A stretch of DNA of 64,000 bases from Alphaproteobacteria bacterium (GTDB taxonomy: Bacteria; Pseudomonadota; Alphaproteobacteria; JAAXGF01). Positions 26,227 through 36,264 of the stretch are shown here, one piece after another (position 1 is the first letter of the stretch; every line of letters begins with the position of its first letter). The notes below the pieces were generated by a model. That model worked only from the letters and a program-made list of their open reading frames with translations, had not been told where the DNA came from and made no database searches. Both the position numbers and the translations under genes were made by a program. Where the stretch lies: positions 62,610-126,609 of the forward strand of contig CAUVXB020000001.1 in assembly GCA_963555825.3 (NCBI GenBank), given 5' to 3'.

Positions 26227-28262
26227 ACGACGAGGCGTTCGCGGCGCGGCGTATCGCCGGCGCCGAATGCGCGCGCGTATTTGTGGCCGGCATAAACCGC
26301 GGCGGCGATCGACGACGGCGCGGCGCAGTCGCCGATGCGTTCGAGCGTCTTGACGCCCGCTGCCTCCAAACGTGCCGGATCGGCGGCGAGCGCGCTGTAC
26401 AGCCCTTCGCTCGGCTCGCGCGAGGTGACCACCACCAGCGTATCCGCGGTGATCGTCGAGGGGCGCTCAGAGAACGCGCAGGAAAGGGTACAGGACGCGC
26501 CGTCGAAGCCGGTGACCAGCTGCGAGACGACGATCTCGACCTCGAGTTCGATCATGCGCGCCTGGATGCGCGGCTGGTCGAGCGTGTACTCGCAGTGCGG
26601 CGAGACGACGCCGGCGCTGGTCACCAGCGTCACCGAGCGGCCCACGGCACGCAGCTTTTCGGCGATCACCGGCGCGATGTAGAAGTTGTCGTCGTCGTAG
26701 ACCACGACGTGGCCCTCGGCCGCCGCGCCCGCCATGACGTCGCTGGGCGACAATACGCGCTCGTGTTCCCAGCCCTCGATCGGCGTGAAGCTCGATCGGC
26801 CGATGCCGTTCCTGCGCCACGCCGCGCCGGTCGCGATGCAGACGTGCGGGAAGCCGAACTCGAGCACCTGCTCGGCCGAGAGTTCGCTGTCGCGGTAGAT
26901 TTCGACGTTGGGCATCTTGCCGATCTGATAGACGCGGTAGTCGCGCACCCGGCCCCATTCGCCCAAGCCCGGCAGCTTGCTCTCGGCGTCGACGCGGCCA
27001 CCGAGCTCGGTGGTCGCCTCGGCCAAGGTGACCGAAACGCCGCGTTCGCCCAGGGCGCGCGCTGCCTCGAGCCCGGCGGGCCCGGCGCCGACGATCAGGA
27101 CGCCGTCGTCCGACGTCTTGGGCGGGATGATCTCGGGGTGCCAGCCGCGCCGCCACTCCTCGCCCATGGTCGGGTTCTGCGTGCAGCGGATCGGCACGCC
27201 CAAGCCGTCGCCGACGATGCACATGTTGCAGCCGATGCATTCGCGGATGTCGTCCGCGCGGCCCTCCTCGATCTTCCGGGGTAGGAACGGATCGGCGATC
27301 GACGGGCGCGCCGCGCCGATCAAGTCGAGGACGCCGCGTTTGATCTGGCCGACCATGGTGTCGGGCGAGGTGAAGCGTCCGACGCCGACGACCGGCTTGG
27401 TGGTCACCTGCTTGACGAAGGAGATGAAGGATTCCTGCGCCGCCTCGGGCGCGAAGCGCGAGGTCCGCGCGTCGGCCGCAAAATGCGCGATGTTGACGTC
27501 CCACAGGTCGGGCAGTTCGGCGAGCATCTCGACGATCTCGCGGCCCTCGCCGTCGAAACGGATACCGAGGTCGGCGTCGAGGCCGTCGACGGCGAAGCGG
27601 ATGACCACGCCGCAGCGGTCGCCGACCGCGTCCTTGGTCTCCTCCAAAAGCTCGCGTGTCAGACGCACGCGGTTCTCGAGCGAGCCGCCGTATTCGTCGG
27701 TGCGCTGGTTCTGCACCGGCGAGAGGAACTGGTGCGGCAAGTAGCCGTGCGCCGCATAGACGTAAACCAGGTCGAAGTCGGCCTGCTTGGCGCGGATCGC
27801 CGCGTCGCGGTGCCAGCGGCGCAGTTCGCGGATGTCGGTCTTGTCCATCGCCCGGGTCTGGCCCGACCTGTGCCAGGTCGGCATGCTGGTCGCGGCGACG
27901 CCGGCCTCGCGCGTCAGGTCGTTGGACGACGAGAAGCCGCCGTACCACAGTTCGCAGTCGGCGAGCGCGCAGTGGCGATGCACCGCCTCGGTCATCGCCG
28001 CGTGGTTCTTGACGTCGTCGTCGTCCCACAGGGTGCAGTAAGGGGCGGGCGCATCGTCCGACGACGGGTGGATCGAGCAATACTCGGTACACACGACGCC
28101 CCAGCCGCCCTCGGCCTTGACCTCGCGTATGCGGTTGAGCGTCGCGGGCATGTCCGATCCCATGCCCGAGCAGTGCGGCACCTGATAGAATCGGTTGGGC
28201 GCCGTCACCGGGCCGATCTTGACCGGTTCGAAGAGAATGTCGTAACGCGGATCGCGGGCCAT
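26223..28262 (-). CDS. Iron-sulfur flavoprotein of the trimethylamine/dimethylamine/histamine dehydrogenase family (OYE-like FMN domain, 4Fe-4S and ADP-binding domain)
   Basis: MARDPRYDILFEPVKIGPVTAPNRFYQVPHCSGMG matches the TMADH N-terminus, including the Cys used for 6-S-cysteinyl-FMN. Also CIGCNMCI...C and VLIVGAGPAGLEAA. Confidence 0.8.
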   Translation of the reverse strand: MARDPRYDILFEPVKIGPVTAPNRFYQVPHCSGMGSDMPATLNRIREVKAEGGWGVVCTEYCSIHPSSDDAPAPYCTLWDDDDVKNHAAMTEAVHRHCALADCELWYGGFSSSNDLTREAGVAATSMPTWHRSGQTRAMDKTDIRELRRWHRDAAIRAKQADFDLVYVYAAHGYLPHQFLSPVQNQRTDEYGGSLENRVRLTRELLEETKDAVGDRCGVVIRFAVDGLDADLGIRFDGEGREIVEMLAELPDLWDVNIAHFAADARTSRFAPEAAQESFISFVKQVTTKPVVGVGRFTSPDTMVGQIKRGVLDLIGAARPSIADPFLPRKIEEGRADDIRECIGCNMCIVGDGLGVPIRCTQNPTMGEEWRRGWHPEIIPPKTSDDGVLIVGAGPAGLEAARALGERGVSVTLAEATTELGGRVDAESKLPGLGEWGRVRDYRVYQIGKMPNVEIYRDSELSAEQVLEFGFPHVCIATGAAWRRNGIGRSSFTPIEGWEHERVLSPSDVMAGAAAEGHVVVYDDDNFYIAPVIAEKLRAVGRSVTLVTSAGVVSPHCEYTLDQPRIQARMIELEVEIVVSQLVTGFDGASCTLSCAFSERPSTITADTLVVVTSREPSEGLYSALAADPARLEAAGVKTLERIGDCAAPSSIAAAVYAGHKYARAFGAGDTPRRERLVV

Positions 28263-28415
28263 GGCCGTCCCCCTAAGCATGTCGTGTCGTTCTCGTCGCT
28301 CAGCCTGCCACGGCGGAAGGGCCGCGCGCATCAGAAGATTTGCCACAAGGATGGACGGGCCTGGGCTTGCCGCTTATAGCTGGACGATGCTCGGCACCCT
28401 CGCACGGACGTGTCC

Positions 28416-30509
28416 ATGGCGCACGAACTCGACTGTCTCCTCGATCCATCCTGCGTCGCCATCGTCGGCGCGTCCGAAGACCTCGGCAAGTTTGGCGGCC
28501 GTGCGTTCGCCAACCTGATCGAGGGCGGCTATCAGGGTCGGATCGTGCCGATCAACCGGGCGCGCGAGACCTTGCGTGGGTTCGCCTGCTTCGCCGCGAT
28601 CGGCGACGTGCCCGAACCGATCGACGTCGCCGTGCTGGCCGTGCCCTCGGCCTATGTCGACGGCGTCGTCGCCGAATGTGCGGCGGCCGGGGTCAAGGCG
28701 TGCATCGTCGTCTCGTCGGGCTTCGCCGAGCTGGGCGCCGACGGCGCGGCGCGCCAGGACGCCCTGGCCGCGACGGCGCGCGCCGCGGGCATGGCATTGT
28801 TGGGCCCCAACTGCCTGGGCCTTGCCGTGCCGCGCCGAGCGCTCGCGCTCTCGCCGACTGTCGTCTTCACCCTGGGCGGGGATTTAAGCGACGGCGGCAT
28901 CGCGCTGGTCAGCCAGTCGGGCGCGCTGATGACCCAGATGTACGCCGTGGCGCTCGATGGCGGCGCTGGGTTCAGCGGCTGTGTCTCGGTCGGCAATCAG
29001 GCGGATCTGGAGCTCACCGACTTCGTTGAGTATTTCATCGACGATCCGGCGACGCGTGTCATCGCCTGCTATGTCGAGGGGCTGATCGCGCCAGGGCGCT
29101 TCGTCGCGGCGCTGGCGCGCGCCCGCGCCGCCGGCAAGCCGATGCTCGTCACCAAGGTCGGGCGCACCGAGGCCGGCGCCGACGTCGCCCGCTCGCACAC
29201 CGCGTCCATCGCCGGCGCGTTCGCCGCCTTCGAGGCGGTCTGTCGGCGTCATGGCGCGACCCTGTTCGACCAGGCCGAGGACATGATCCGCGCCGCCGAC
29301 GTGCTCGATCGTTGCGGCCGGGCGCCCGGCACGCGCTATGCGGTGATCTCGGGCTCGGGCGGCGGCGCGGCGCTGGCCACCGACAACCTCGCCCAGACGC
29401 CCTTCGAGGCGGCGCGCCTGTCGAATGCGTCGCTCGCGGCGCTTGCCGACGCCTACGCCGAACCGCAGCGCAAGCTGCCGCTCGACCTCGGCGCCCATCT
29501 CGCCGGCTATGGACCCGACCGCTCCGTGCAGGTCGCCGAGACGGTGATGAGCGACCCGGGCGTCGATTGCGGCATCCTCGTCGCGACGCCGCAGCCGTTC
29601 ATCCCCGAAACAATCGACGCCTTCGTCACCGCGAGCCGGAACAACGACAAGCCGACACTGGTGATCGCCCAGGCCGGCCTGGTGCGCGACGAGATGGCGC
29701 AAGTCCTGGCGCGCCACGACTATCCCGTGCTGCCCAGCCTGGGCGCCGCGATCGGTTGTCTGGCAACTTTCGCGCCGGCCGAAGACATCGGCGGCGAAAC
29801 GCCCGACACCATCGACCTTCCCGGCGAGCTCACCGCATCGGGGCGTCTCACCGAGACGCAATCGAAGGCGTTGCTCAACGCCGCCGGCGTGCCGACGACG
29901 AACGACGTCTTCGCGGCCACCAAGGACGACGCGGTCGCGGCGGCCGACCGGCTCGGCTATCCCGTCGTCTTGAAGGCGGTGTGCCCGACGCTGGTGCACA
30001 AGAGCGACGTCGGCGGTGTGCGCGCCGGGCTCGCCGACGCGGCGGCGGTCGCGGCGGCGTGGGATGCGATCGCCGAGGGGTTGGCGTGCCACGGATACGA
30101 TGACGTCGAGGGCTGCATCGTTGCGGAGATGGTCGCCGGCGTCGCCGAGCTGATCGTCGGCGCACGCTGCGACCCCGACTTCGGACCGATGATCGTGATC
30201 GGCTTCGGTGGTACGTGGGTCGAAGTCGTCGAGGACGTCCAGGTCGCCATGGCGCCGATTTCGGCACGCCAGGCCGAGGCCATGATGCGACGGCTCAAAC
30301 TCTGGCCGTTGCTCGACGGCGCGCGCGGCCAACCGGCCGCCGACGTCGCCGCGGCCGCCGAGGCGGCGAGCCGAGTGAGCCATTTGGCCGCGGCCTTGGG
30401 CCGGCGTCTCGTGGAACTGGACGTAAACCCGTTGATCGTCGGCGTGGCGGGTAGCGGCGCCGTCGCCGTCGACGCCCGCGCGACACTGCAGGAGGAGGGC
30501 CATGGCTGA
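28416..30509 (+). CDS. ADP-forming acyl-CoA synthetase (fused CoA-binding/ligase and ATP-grasp domains)
   Basis: VAIVGASEDLGKFGGRAF, VPSAYVDGVVAECAAAGVKACIVVSSGFAE, LGPNCLG, and a C-terminal ATP-grasp (LGYPVVLKAV...HKSDVGGV). Confidence 0.85.
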   Translation: MAHELDCLLDPSCVAIVGASEDLGKFGGRAFANLIEGGYQGRIVPINRARETLRGFACFAAIGDVPEPIDVAVLAVPSAYVDGVVAECAAAGVKACIVVSSGFAELGADGAARQDALAATARAAGMALLGPNCLGLAVPRRALALSPTVVFTLGGDLSDGGIALVSQSGALMTQMYAVALDGGAGFSGCVSVGNQADLELTDFVEYFIDDPATRVIACYVEGLIAPGRFVAALARARAAGKPMLVTKVGRTEAGADVARSHTASIAGAFAAFEAVCRRHGATLFDQAEDMIRAADVLDRCGRAPGTRYAVISGSGGGAALATDNLAQTPFEAARLSNASLAALADAYAEPQRKLPLDLGAHLAGYGPDRSVQVAETVMSDPGVDCGILVATPQPFIPETIDAFVTASRNNDKPTLVIAQAGLVRDEMAQVLARHDYPVLPSLGAAIGCLATFAPAEDIGGETPDTIDLPGELTASGRLTETQSKALLNAAGVPTTNDVFAATKDDAVAAADRLGYPVVLKAVCPTLVHKSDVGGVRAGLADAAAVAAAWDAIAEGLACHGYDDVEGCIVAEMVAGVAELIVGARCDPDFGPMIVIGFGGTWVEVVEDVQVAMAPISARQAEAMMRRLKLWPLLDGARGQPAADVAAAAEAASRVSHLAAALGRRLVELDVNPLIVGVAGSGAVAVDARATLQEEGHG

Positions 30510-31242
30510 GCCAGCCGTCAGCTACACCGTCGAGGACGACATCGCGGTGATCGTCCTCGAACGGGCGGATTCGCGCAACGCAATCAACATCGACATCCTC
30601 GAGGGACTGGAGGCGGCCTGGCAGCGCTTCAACGAAGCGGACGAGCGCGTCGCCGTGCTGGCCGCCCGCGGCGAGCATTTCTCGGTCGGCCTCGACCTCA
30701 AGGCCCCGCCGCCGGATATGTGGCGCTGCGTTCCGGGCGTCGGCGTCGACGTCGCCAAGCCGATCGTCGCGGCGGTCAGCGGCTGGTGCGTCGGCGGCGG
30801 GCTGATCCTGATTCAGATGAGCGACCTCTGCGTCGCCGCCGAGAACACGAGGTTTCTTTACCCCGAGGCCAAAGTCGGCGTGACCGGCGGGCTGATCGCC
30901 GGGCTGGCGGCGCGCGTCCCGGTCAAGATCGCCATGGAGCTGATGCTGCTCGGCGAGCCGGTCGACGCCGAGCGCGCCTATAGCGTGGGCCTGATCAACC
31001 GCGTCGTGCCCGACGGCGAGCATATCGCGGCGGCCAAGGCGATGGCCCACACCATCGCCGGCTATGCGCCGCTGGTGACCGCGGCGCTCAAGCAGCTGGT
31101 CGGCGACATGGTTCCGGTCAGCGCGACCGAGACGGCCTACCGCACCAAGAAGACGCTGGACGCGATCATGACCAGCGACGATCTGGCCGAAGGCGTCGCC
31201 GCCTTCAAGGAAAAACGCCCGCCCAAATTCAAGGGAAGCTGA
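30502..31242 (+). CDS. Enoyl-CoA hydratase/isomerase family protein
   Basis: Crotonase pattern IAVIVLERADSRNAI...GEHFSVGLDLK...AAVSGWCVGGG. Confidence 0.8.
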   Translation: MAEPAVSYTVEDDIAVIVLERADSRNAINIDILEGLEAAWQRFNEADERVAVLAARGEHFSVGLDLKAPPPDMWRCVPGVGVDVAKPIVAAVSGWCVGGGLILIQMSDLCVAAENTRFLYPEAKVGVTGGLIAGLAARVPVKIAMELMLLGEPVDAERAYSVGLINRVVPDGEHIAAAKAMAHTIAGYAPLVTAALKQLVGDMVPVSATETAYRTKKTLDAIMTSDDLAEGVAAFKEKRPPKFKGS

Positions 31243-31266
31243 GCGGCTCGCGGCCGGGCAGGAGTG

Positions 31267-31908
31267 TCAACCGGCGCCGATGCCAGGACCGAAATGAGCC
31301 TCGTGGACCGGTTTGATCTTCGGCCGTTCCATGACCGTTTCGGCCAGCCGGTAAATCTTCGGCCAGTCGCGCCGCATGGCGTCGTAGTCGCCCCACCATT
31401 GGGTGATCATCCAGACGTAGATGTCGAGGGTGCCGAATCGGTCGCCGAGGTAGTAGGGCCCGTCGCCCAACGCGGCCTCGAAGATGCCGTAGTGGCGGCT
31501 GAGATACGCCGTCGCCGCTTCGACGATACCGGCCGCACCCGACGGATCGGTGGTGTAGAACGCCCGCCGCATGCGGAGATATTCCGGTCCCCAGATGTTC
31601 GTGACGAAGAACAAAAGCCAGCGATTGACCTGTGCGCGTTCGACCGATCCAAAGGGTGCCGCGAGGCCGGCATCAGGATGCGCGTCGGCGAGATGCATCA
31701 GGATTGCGATGTTCTCGGTCAGCACTGACCCGTCGGCAGGTTCCAGGACCGGCACCTGCTGACACGGGTTAAGGCGGGTGAACTCTTCGCTGCGCTGGGC
31801 GCCGGCCGCGAGATCGATGTCGACGATTTCGACCGGCGCCTCGATCTCGGCCAGTGCCGCGCGGACGGAAACGCCTCCTGTCCCTTGTCCGTCGTACAAG
31901 CGGTACAT
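31267..31908 (-). CDS. Glutathione S-transferase family protein
   Basis: The thioredoxin-like N-domain includes NPCQQVPVLE. ATG 31908 lies 7 nt after GGAGG. Confidence 0.7.
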   Translation of the reverse strand: MYRLYDGQGTGGVSVRAALAEIEAPVEIVDIDLAAGAQRSEEFTRLNPCQQVPVLEPADGSVLTENIAILMHLADAHPDAGLAAPFGSVERAQVNRWLLFFVTNIWGPEYLRMRRAFYTTDPSGAAGIVEAATAYLSRHYGIFEAALGDGPYYLGDRFGTLDIYVWMITQWWGDYDAMRRDWPKIYRLAETVMERPKIKPVHEAHFGPGIGAG

Positions 31909-32014
31909 GGTCATCCTCCGAGTTTGCGAATGCGTTGTCACTATAGGCGCGGCTGCGGACGATCGGCAGTCAGCATCGCTTTCCGTATTAAAAGATTTTC
32001 TTTATACTGGGGCG

Positions 32015-32962
32015 ATGCCACGACGGCTCAAATTCCTCAACGCCCTGCACGCGTTCGAAGCTGCCGCGCGCTTGGGAACCTTTACCCGGGTGGCGCAGGA
32101 GCTCGGCGTCACGCCGGCCGCGGTGGGGCAACAGGTTCGCATCCTCGAGGGCTATCTGGGCTGCAAGCTTTTCAAGCGAACAAACCAGGGCTTGCAGGCG
32201 ACGGCGAACGCGTCGCTCGCCCTCGCGGACTTGCACAGCGGATTCGATCGGTTGGAGGCGGGCTTCGGTCGATTGGTCGGTCAGGCCGGCGACAACCGGC
32301 TTTCCGTGAGCGTCGCGCCGGCACTCGCCTGGCGGTGGCTGACACCGCGAATTCAACGGTTGTACCAGCGATGTCCGAACATCGACTTACGCATGGACGC
32401 GTCGTTGCGCCTGGTCGATGTCGCGGGTGGCGAGTTCGATATTGCGGTTCGATACGGCGAGGAAGAACCGGGCGGTTTGGTCAGTCCCGTTCTGTTCGAA
32501 GAACACCAGCTCCCGGTTTGCGCGCCGGGCCTCTGGCAAGACGGCGGATGTTCGACGCGCGAAGACCGATTGCTGAACCTGCCTTTGATCCATGTCGAAA
32601 GCGAGACGAGCGATACGAGCGTCTCGACCTGGCGAGACTGGGCCGCGCCCCGGCTTTACGCGGAAGACGACCGGTTCGACCGGGGACCGCGATACCCGAG
32701 TTCGGCCATGGCGCTTCAGGCCGCCCTAGACGGTCAGGGCGTCACGATCAATGGCCTGGTCCTCGTCATCGATGATCTCGTCGAGGGCAGACTCGTCGCG
32801 CCGCTCGGGCCTGGCAGCGCAGTGAAGCAGCGATTTGCCTACCGTCTCGTCTATGCGCCGCTTCGACATCCGACGGCGATTCGGACGACGTTTCTGCAAT
32901 GGGTCAACGCGGAAGCGGTCAAAACGAAGAGTCTCATGGCAGATTTCCTATCTGCCGGTTGA
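32015..32962 (+). CDS. LysR-family regulator (GcvA-like)
   Basis: LNALHAFEAAARLGTFTRVAQELGVTPAAVGQQVRILEGYLGCKLFKR. Confidence 0.85.
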   Translation: MPRRLKFLNALHAFEAAARLGTFTRVAQELGVTPAAVGQQVRILEGYLGCKLFKRTNQGLQATANASLALADLHSGFDRLEAGFGRLVGQAGDNRLSVSVAPALAWRWLTPRIQRLYQRCPNIDLRMDASLRLVDVAGGEFDIAVRYGEEEPGGLVSPVLFEEHQLPVCAPGLWQDGGCSTREDRLLNLPLIHVESETSDTSVSTWRDWAAPRLYAEDDRFDRGPRYPSSAMALQAALDGQGVTINGLVLVIDDLVEGRLVAPLGPGSAVKQRFAYRLVYAPLRHPTAIRTTFLQWVNAEAVKTKSLMADFLSAG

Positions 32963-33051
32963 CCGCGAGTCCAAAGAGCATAGCATTCGATGGACGATCG
33001 AGGCGTCGGCGCTTATAGCTGAGCAAAACTCGGCAATCCACGACACTTCGG

Positions 33052-34365
33052 ATGGCTCTCATGGCGGAACGCTACGACGCGATCATCATCGGCGCGGGGA
33101 TCATCGGCGCGGCGACGGCGCTGGCGCTCGGGCGCAAGGGCTGGCGAACGCTCAATGTCGACAAGCTGCCGGCCGCCGGCTATGGCTCGACCTCGGGCTC
33201 CTGCGCGATCATCCGGCCGTATTACTCGACGGTCGACGGCTCGGCGCTGGCCTACGAGAGCCATTTCTACTGGAAGGACTGGGAAGCTTTTCTCGGCGCG
33301 CCGGACGAACGCGGGCTGGCGCGCTATGTCAACTGCGGCTGCCTGGTCATGAAGACGCCGCAGAACGACTATCTGCGCAAGACCTGCGCGATCATGGACG
33401 AGGTCGGCGCGCCGTGGCAGGACATGTCGGCGGCCGACGTGGTCGAGCGCATGCCCTTCATGCAGCTCGATTCGTATTGGCCGGCCAAGCGCGCGGACGA
33501 TCCGGCGTTCGGTGAGCCGACCGGCGAAACGGTGCCCGGCGCGGTGTTCTTCCCGTCGGGCGGCTACGTTACCGACCCGCAGCTCAGCGTGCACAACCTG
33601 CAGCGCGCGGCCGAGGCCGTGGGCGCCGAATTCCGCTTTACCTGCGAGGTCGCCGGCATTGCGCAGGACGGCGGGCGCGTCGCCGGCATCACGCTGGCCG
33701 ACGGCGAGACGCTCGCGTCGCCGGTCGTGCTCAACGCCTCTGGACCGCACTCGTTCAAGATCAACGAGATGGCCGGCGTCATCGAGGGCATGAACGTCAA
33801 GACGCGCGCGTTGCGCCACGAGGTCGCCCATGTGCCGGCGCCCGAGGGCGTCGATTTCGAGCGCGACGGCTGTGTGTTCTCCGACAGCGACATCGGCGGC
33901 TATGCGCGCCCGGAACTCGGCAACCACATCCTGATCGGCAGCGAGGACCCACCCTGCGACGAGCGCGAATGGGTCGACCCCGACGACTTCAACCGCGACT
34001 TCACCGACCAGTGGCGCACCATGGCGATGCGGCTCGCCCAGCGCATCCCCGAGCTGCTGATCCCGAGCAAAATGAAGGGCGTGGTCGAGCTCTACGACGT
34101 CACCGACGACTGGATTCCGATCTACGACAAGTCCGACTTACCGGGTTTCTACATGGCGGTCGGCACCAGCGGCAACCAGTTCAAGAACGCGCCGATCGCC
34201 GGTGAGATGATGGCCGATCTGATCGAGGCCTGCGAGGCCGGCCGCGACCACGACGCCGACCCGATCGACTTCCACCTGAAGCACATCGACCACACCTTCA
34301 GCCTCGGTTTCTTCTCGCGCCGACGCGAGATCAACCCGGACAGCAGCTTCTCGGTGCTCGGCTAG
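33052..34365 (+). CDS. FAD-dependent oxidoreductase (DAO / sarcosine-oxidase-beta-like)
   Basis: YDAIIIGAGIIGAATALAL Rossmann motif, 437 aa. Confidence 0.75.
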   Translation: MALMAERYDAIIIGAGIIGAATALALGRKGWRTLNVDKLPAAGYGSTSGSCAIIRPYYSTVDGSALAYESHFYWKDWEAFLGAPDERGLARYVNCGCLVMKTPQNDYLRKTCAIMDEVGAPWQDMSAADVVERMPFMQLDSYWPAKRADDPAFGEPTGETVPGAVFFPSGGYVTDPQLSVHNLQRAAEAVGAEFRFTCEVAGIAQDGGRVAGITLADGETLASPVVLNASGPHSFKINEMAGVIEGMNVKTRALRHEVAHVPAPEGVDFERDGCVFSDSDIGGYARPELGNHILIGSEDPPCDEREWVDPDDFNRDFTDQWRTMAMRLAQRIPELLIPSKMKGVVELYDVTDDWIPIYDKSDLPGFYMAVGTSGNQFKNAPIAGEMMADLIEACEAGRDHDADPIDFHLKHIDHTFSLGFFSRRREINPDSSFSVLG

Positions 34366-34633
34366 CGCATCCTGTCAGGAAAGGGTGTCGGCAACTGGGC
34401 AGCCTCATCGAATCCATCAGACAACTAGTCTCCGGCAATAAGGTAGCGATCGCCGTCATCATCGGTGCCGCCGCCCTGGTGCCGATCTGGATATTCGTCT
34501 GGCCCGAGCTCGGTCCCGTGCTGGGCGATATCTGGCAGAAGGTCCTTACCGGCCGTACTGTATCGATGTAGCTTCGACGGAACGTGCTCAATCAGGCCAA
34601 ACCCGTGGCGAAACTACTGATGTGCTCCCGGCT

Positions 34634-35698
34634 ATGACCGCGACCGCCTTTCTCACCCACCTGCTGTTCGGCGGGGCGCTGGCCGCCTGTTCGGCCGGGT
34701 TGACGCTCGTCATGATGCGCGCCGGCATCGCCGATGTCCCCAATGAGCGTTCGTCGCATGTGCTGCCGACACCCAAGGGCGGCGGCATCGCGGTGGCCGC
34801 GAGCTTCTTCCTCGGCGTCGTCGCGCTCTACCTTGTCAGTGACGTTGCGCGGCTGCCCGAGGCGCGCTTCATCGGCTTCATCGCCATCACCTTCGCCATC
34901 GTCGTCTTCGCGCTGATCGACGATCTGAAGGCCCTCAGGGCACGCACCAAGCTGGTCGCGCAACTCGTCGCCGCCGTGCTGTTCGCTCTGTTGGTCGCGC
35001 GCATCTCGCTGCCTGCCACAGGCGTGGTCACGTTGGGCATATTTAGTTATGTTATAACAATGATTTGGATAATTTTTTTCATAAACGCCTATAACTTCAT
35101 GGACGGCATCAACGGCATCGCCGGCGGGGCCGCGTTGATCGCCGCGGCCGGGCTCGCCGTGACCGCGATGGCGGCCGATGCGGCCTTCGTCTATCTCGCC
35201 TGCATCTCGCTGTTCGGCGCGGTGCTGGGGTTCTTCTTCTTCAACTTTCCGCGCGCCCGCATTTTCCTCGGCGATTCGGGCAGTCAGTTCCTCGGCTTCG
35301 TCTTCGCCGGGCTCGCGGTGATCGGCAGCGCGGCCGAGCCGGCCAAGGTCTCGATCTTCGTCGTGCCGATGATCTTCTACCCGTTCCTCTATGACGTGAC
35401 TGCCACGCTGCTGTTCCGCGCGGCGGGCGGCAAGAATATCTTCAAGGCGCATCGCGAGCATCACTACCAGCTGCTGGTCCGGCTCGGCGCCGCGCACGTT
35501 GCGGTCAGCAGCCTGTACTTCGCGCTCATCGCGGCCCACGGCCTCGCCGCGTTCATGCTGCAGGCCGCCGATCCGGCGACGCGCATCTATTGGCTCGCCG
35601 CGCCACTGCCGGCCTACCTTATCGCGACCTTCGTGCTGTATAAGAAGGCCAGCGCGGCCGGGCTGATCCGGTTCCGGCCGCCGGGCGACGACGGGTGA
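34634..35698 (+). CDS. Polyprenyl-phosphate N-acetylhexosamine-1-phosphate transferase (WecA/MraY family, GT4)
   Basis: Polytopic protein with NAYNFMDGINGIAG and FLGDSGSQFLG. The start is either GTG 34622 or ATG 34634. Confidence 0.8.
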   Translation: MTATAFLTHLLFGGALAACSAGLTLVMMRAGIADVPNERSSHVLPTPKGGGIAVAASFFLGVVALYLVSDVARLPEARFIGFIAITFAIVVFALIDDLKALRARTKLVAQLVAAVLFALLVARISLPATGVVTLGIFSYVITMIWIIFFINAYNFMDGINGIAGGAALIAAAGLAVTAMAADAAFVYLACISLFGAVLGFFFFNFPRARIFLGDSGSQFLGFVFAGLAVIGSAAEPAKVSIFVVPMIFYPFLYDVTATLLFRAAGGKNIFKAHREHHYQLLVRLGAAHVAVSSLYFALIAAHGLAAFMLQAADPATRIYWLAAPLPAYLIATFVLYKKASAAGLIRFRPPGDDG

Positions 35699-36264
35699 CG
35701 GCGATGACGACGACGCTTCATCAGGCCGCAAGCGCGGCCGACATCGAGGCCGCACACGGGCTGTTCCTGGCCTATGCCGAATCGCTCGACTTCAGCCTGT
35801 GCTTCCAGGGCTTCGACGGCGAGCTCGCGCAATTGCCCGGCTATTATGCGCCGCCCACCGGGCGCGTGCTGCTCGCCCGTGTCGACGGCGAGCTCGCCGG
35901 CTGCATCGCGCTGCGCGACCTGGGCGAAGGCAATTGCGAGATGAAGCGGCTCTACGTCGATCCCGGATTCCGCGGTCTCGGCCTCGGCCGGAGGCTCGCC
36001 GAGGCGGTCATCGCCGAGGCGCGCGCAATCGGCTATGCGCGTATTCGGCTCGACACGCTGCCGTCGATGGTCTCGGCGCGCGCGCTCTATGACTTGCTCG
36101 GTTTCACCGACATCTCGGCCTACTACCACAACCCGGTCGAGGGCGCGGCGTACAAGGAACTCGTCCTGCGTGACGGGCCGGCGGCCGGCGCGGCGCAGTC
36201 GGGCCTCGACCCTCATACCAAGGATCAGTCGGCGGCGCCAAGCCGTGGCGACGACGCGGCGTAG
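35695..36264 (+). CDS. GNAT-family N-acetyltransferase
   Basis: LYVDPGFRGLGLGRRLAEAVIAEAR is the acetyl-CoA binding motif. Confidence 0.8.
   Translation: MTAMTTTLHQAASAADIEAAHGLFLAYAESLDFSLCFQGFDGELAQLPGYYAPPTGRVLLARVDGELAGCIALRDLGEGNCEMKRLYVDPGFRGLGLGRRLAEAVIAEARAIGYARIRLDTLPSMVSARALYDLLGFTDISAYYHNPVEGAAYKELVLRDGPAAGAAQSGLDPHTKDQSAAPSRGDDAA

Noticed and set aside
28221-28240. ggttcgaa strings (also at about 46571) that look like tRNA T-arm sequences
   Set aside because: They lie inside the conserved N-terminal coding region of the two flavoprotein paralogs (…FEPVKIGP…), and no cloverleaf context surrounds them.
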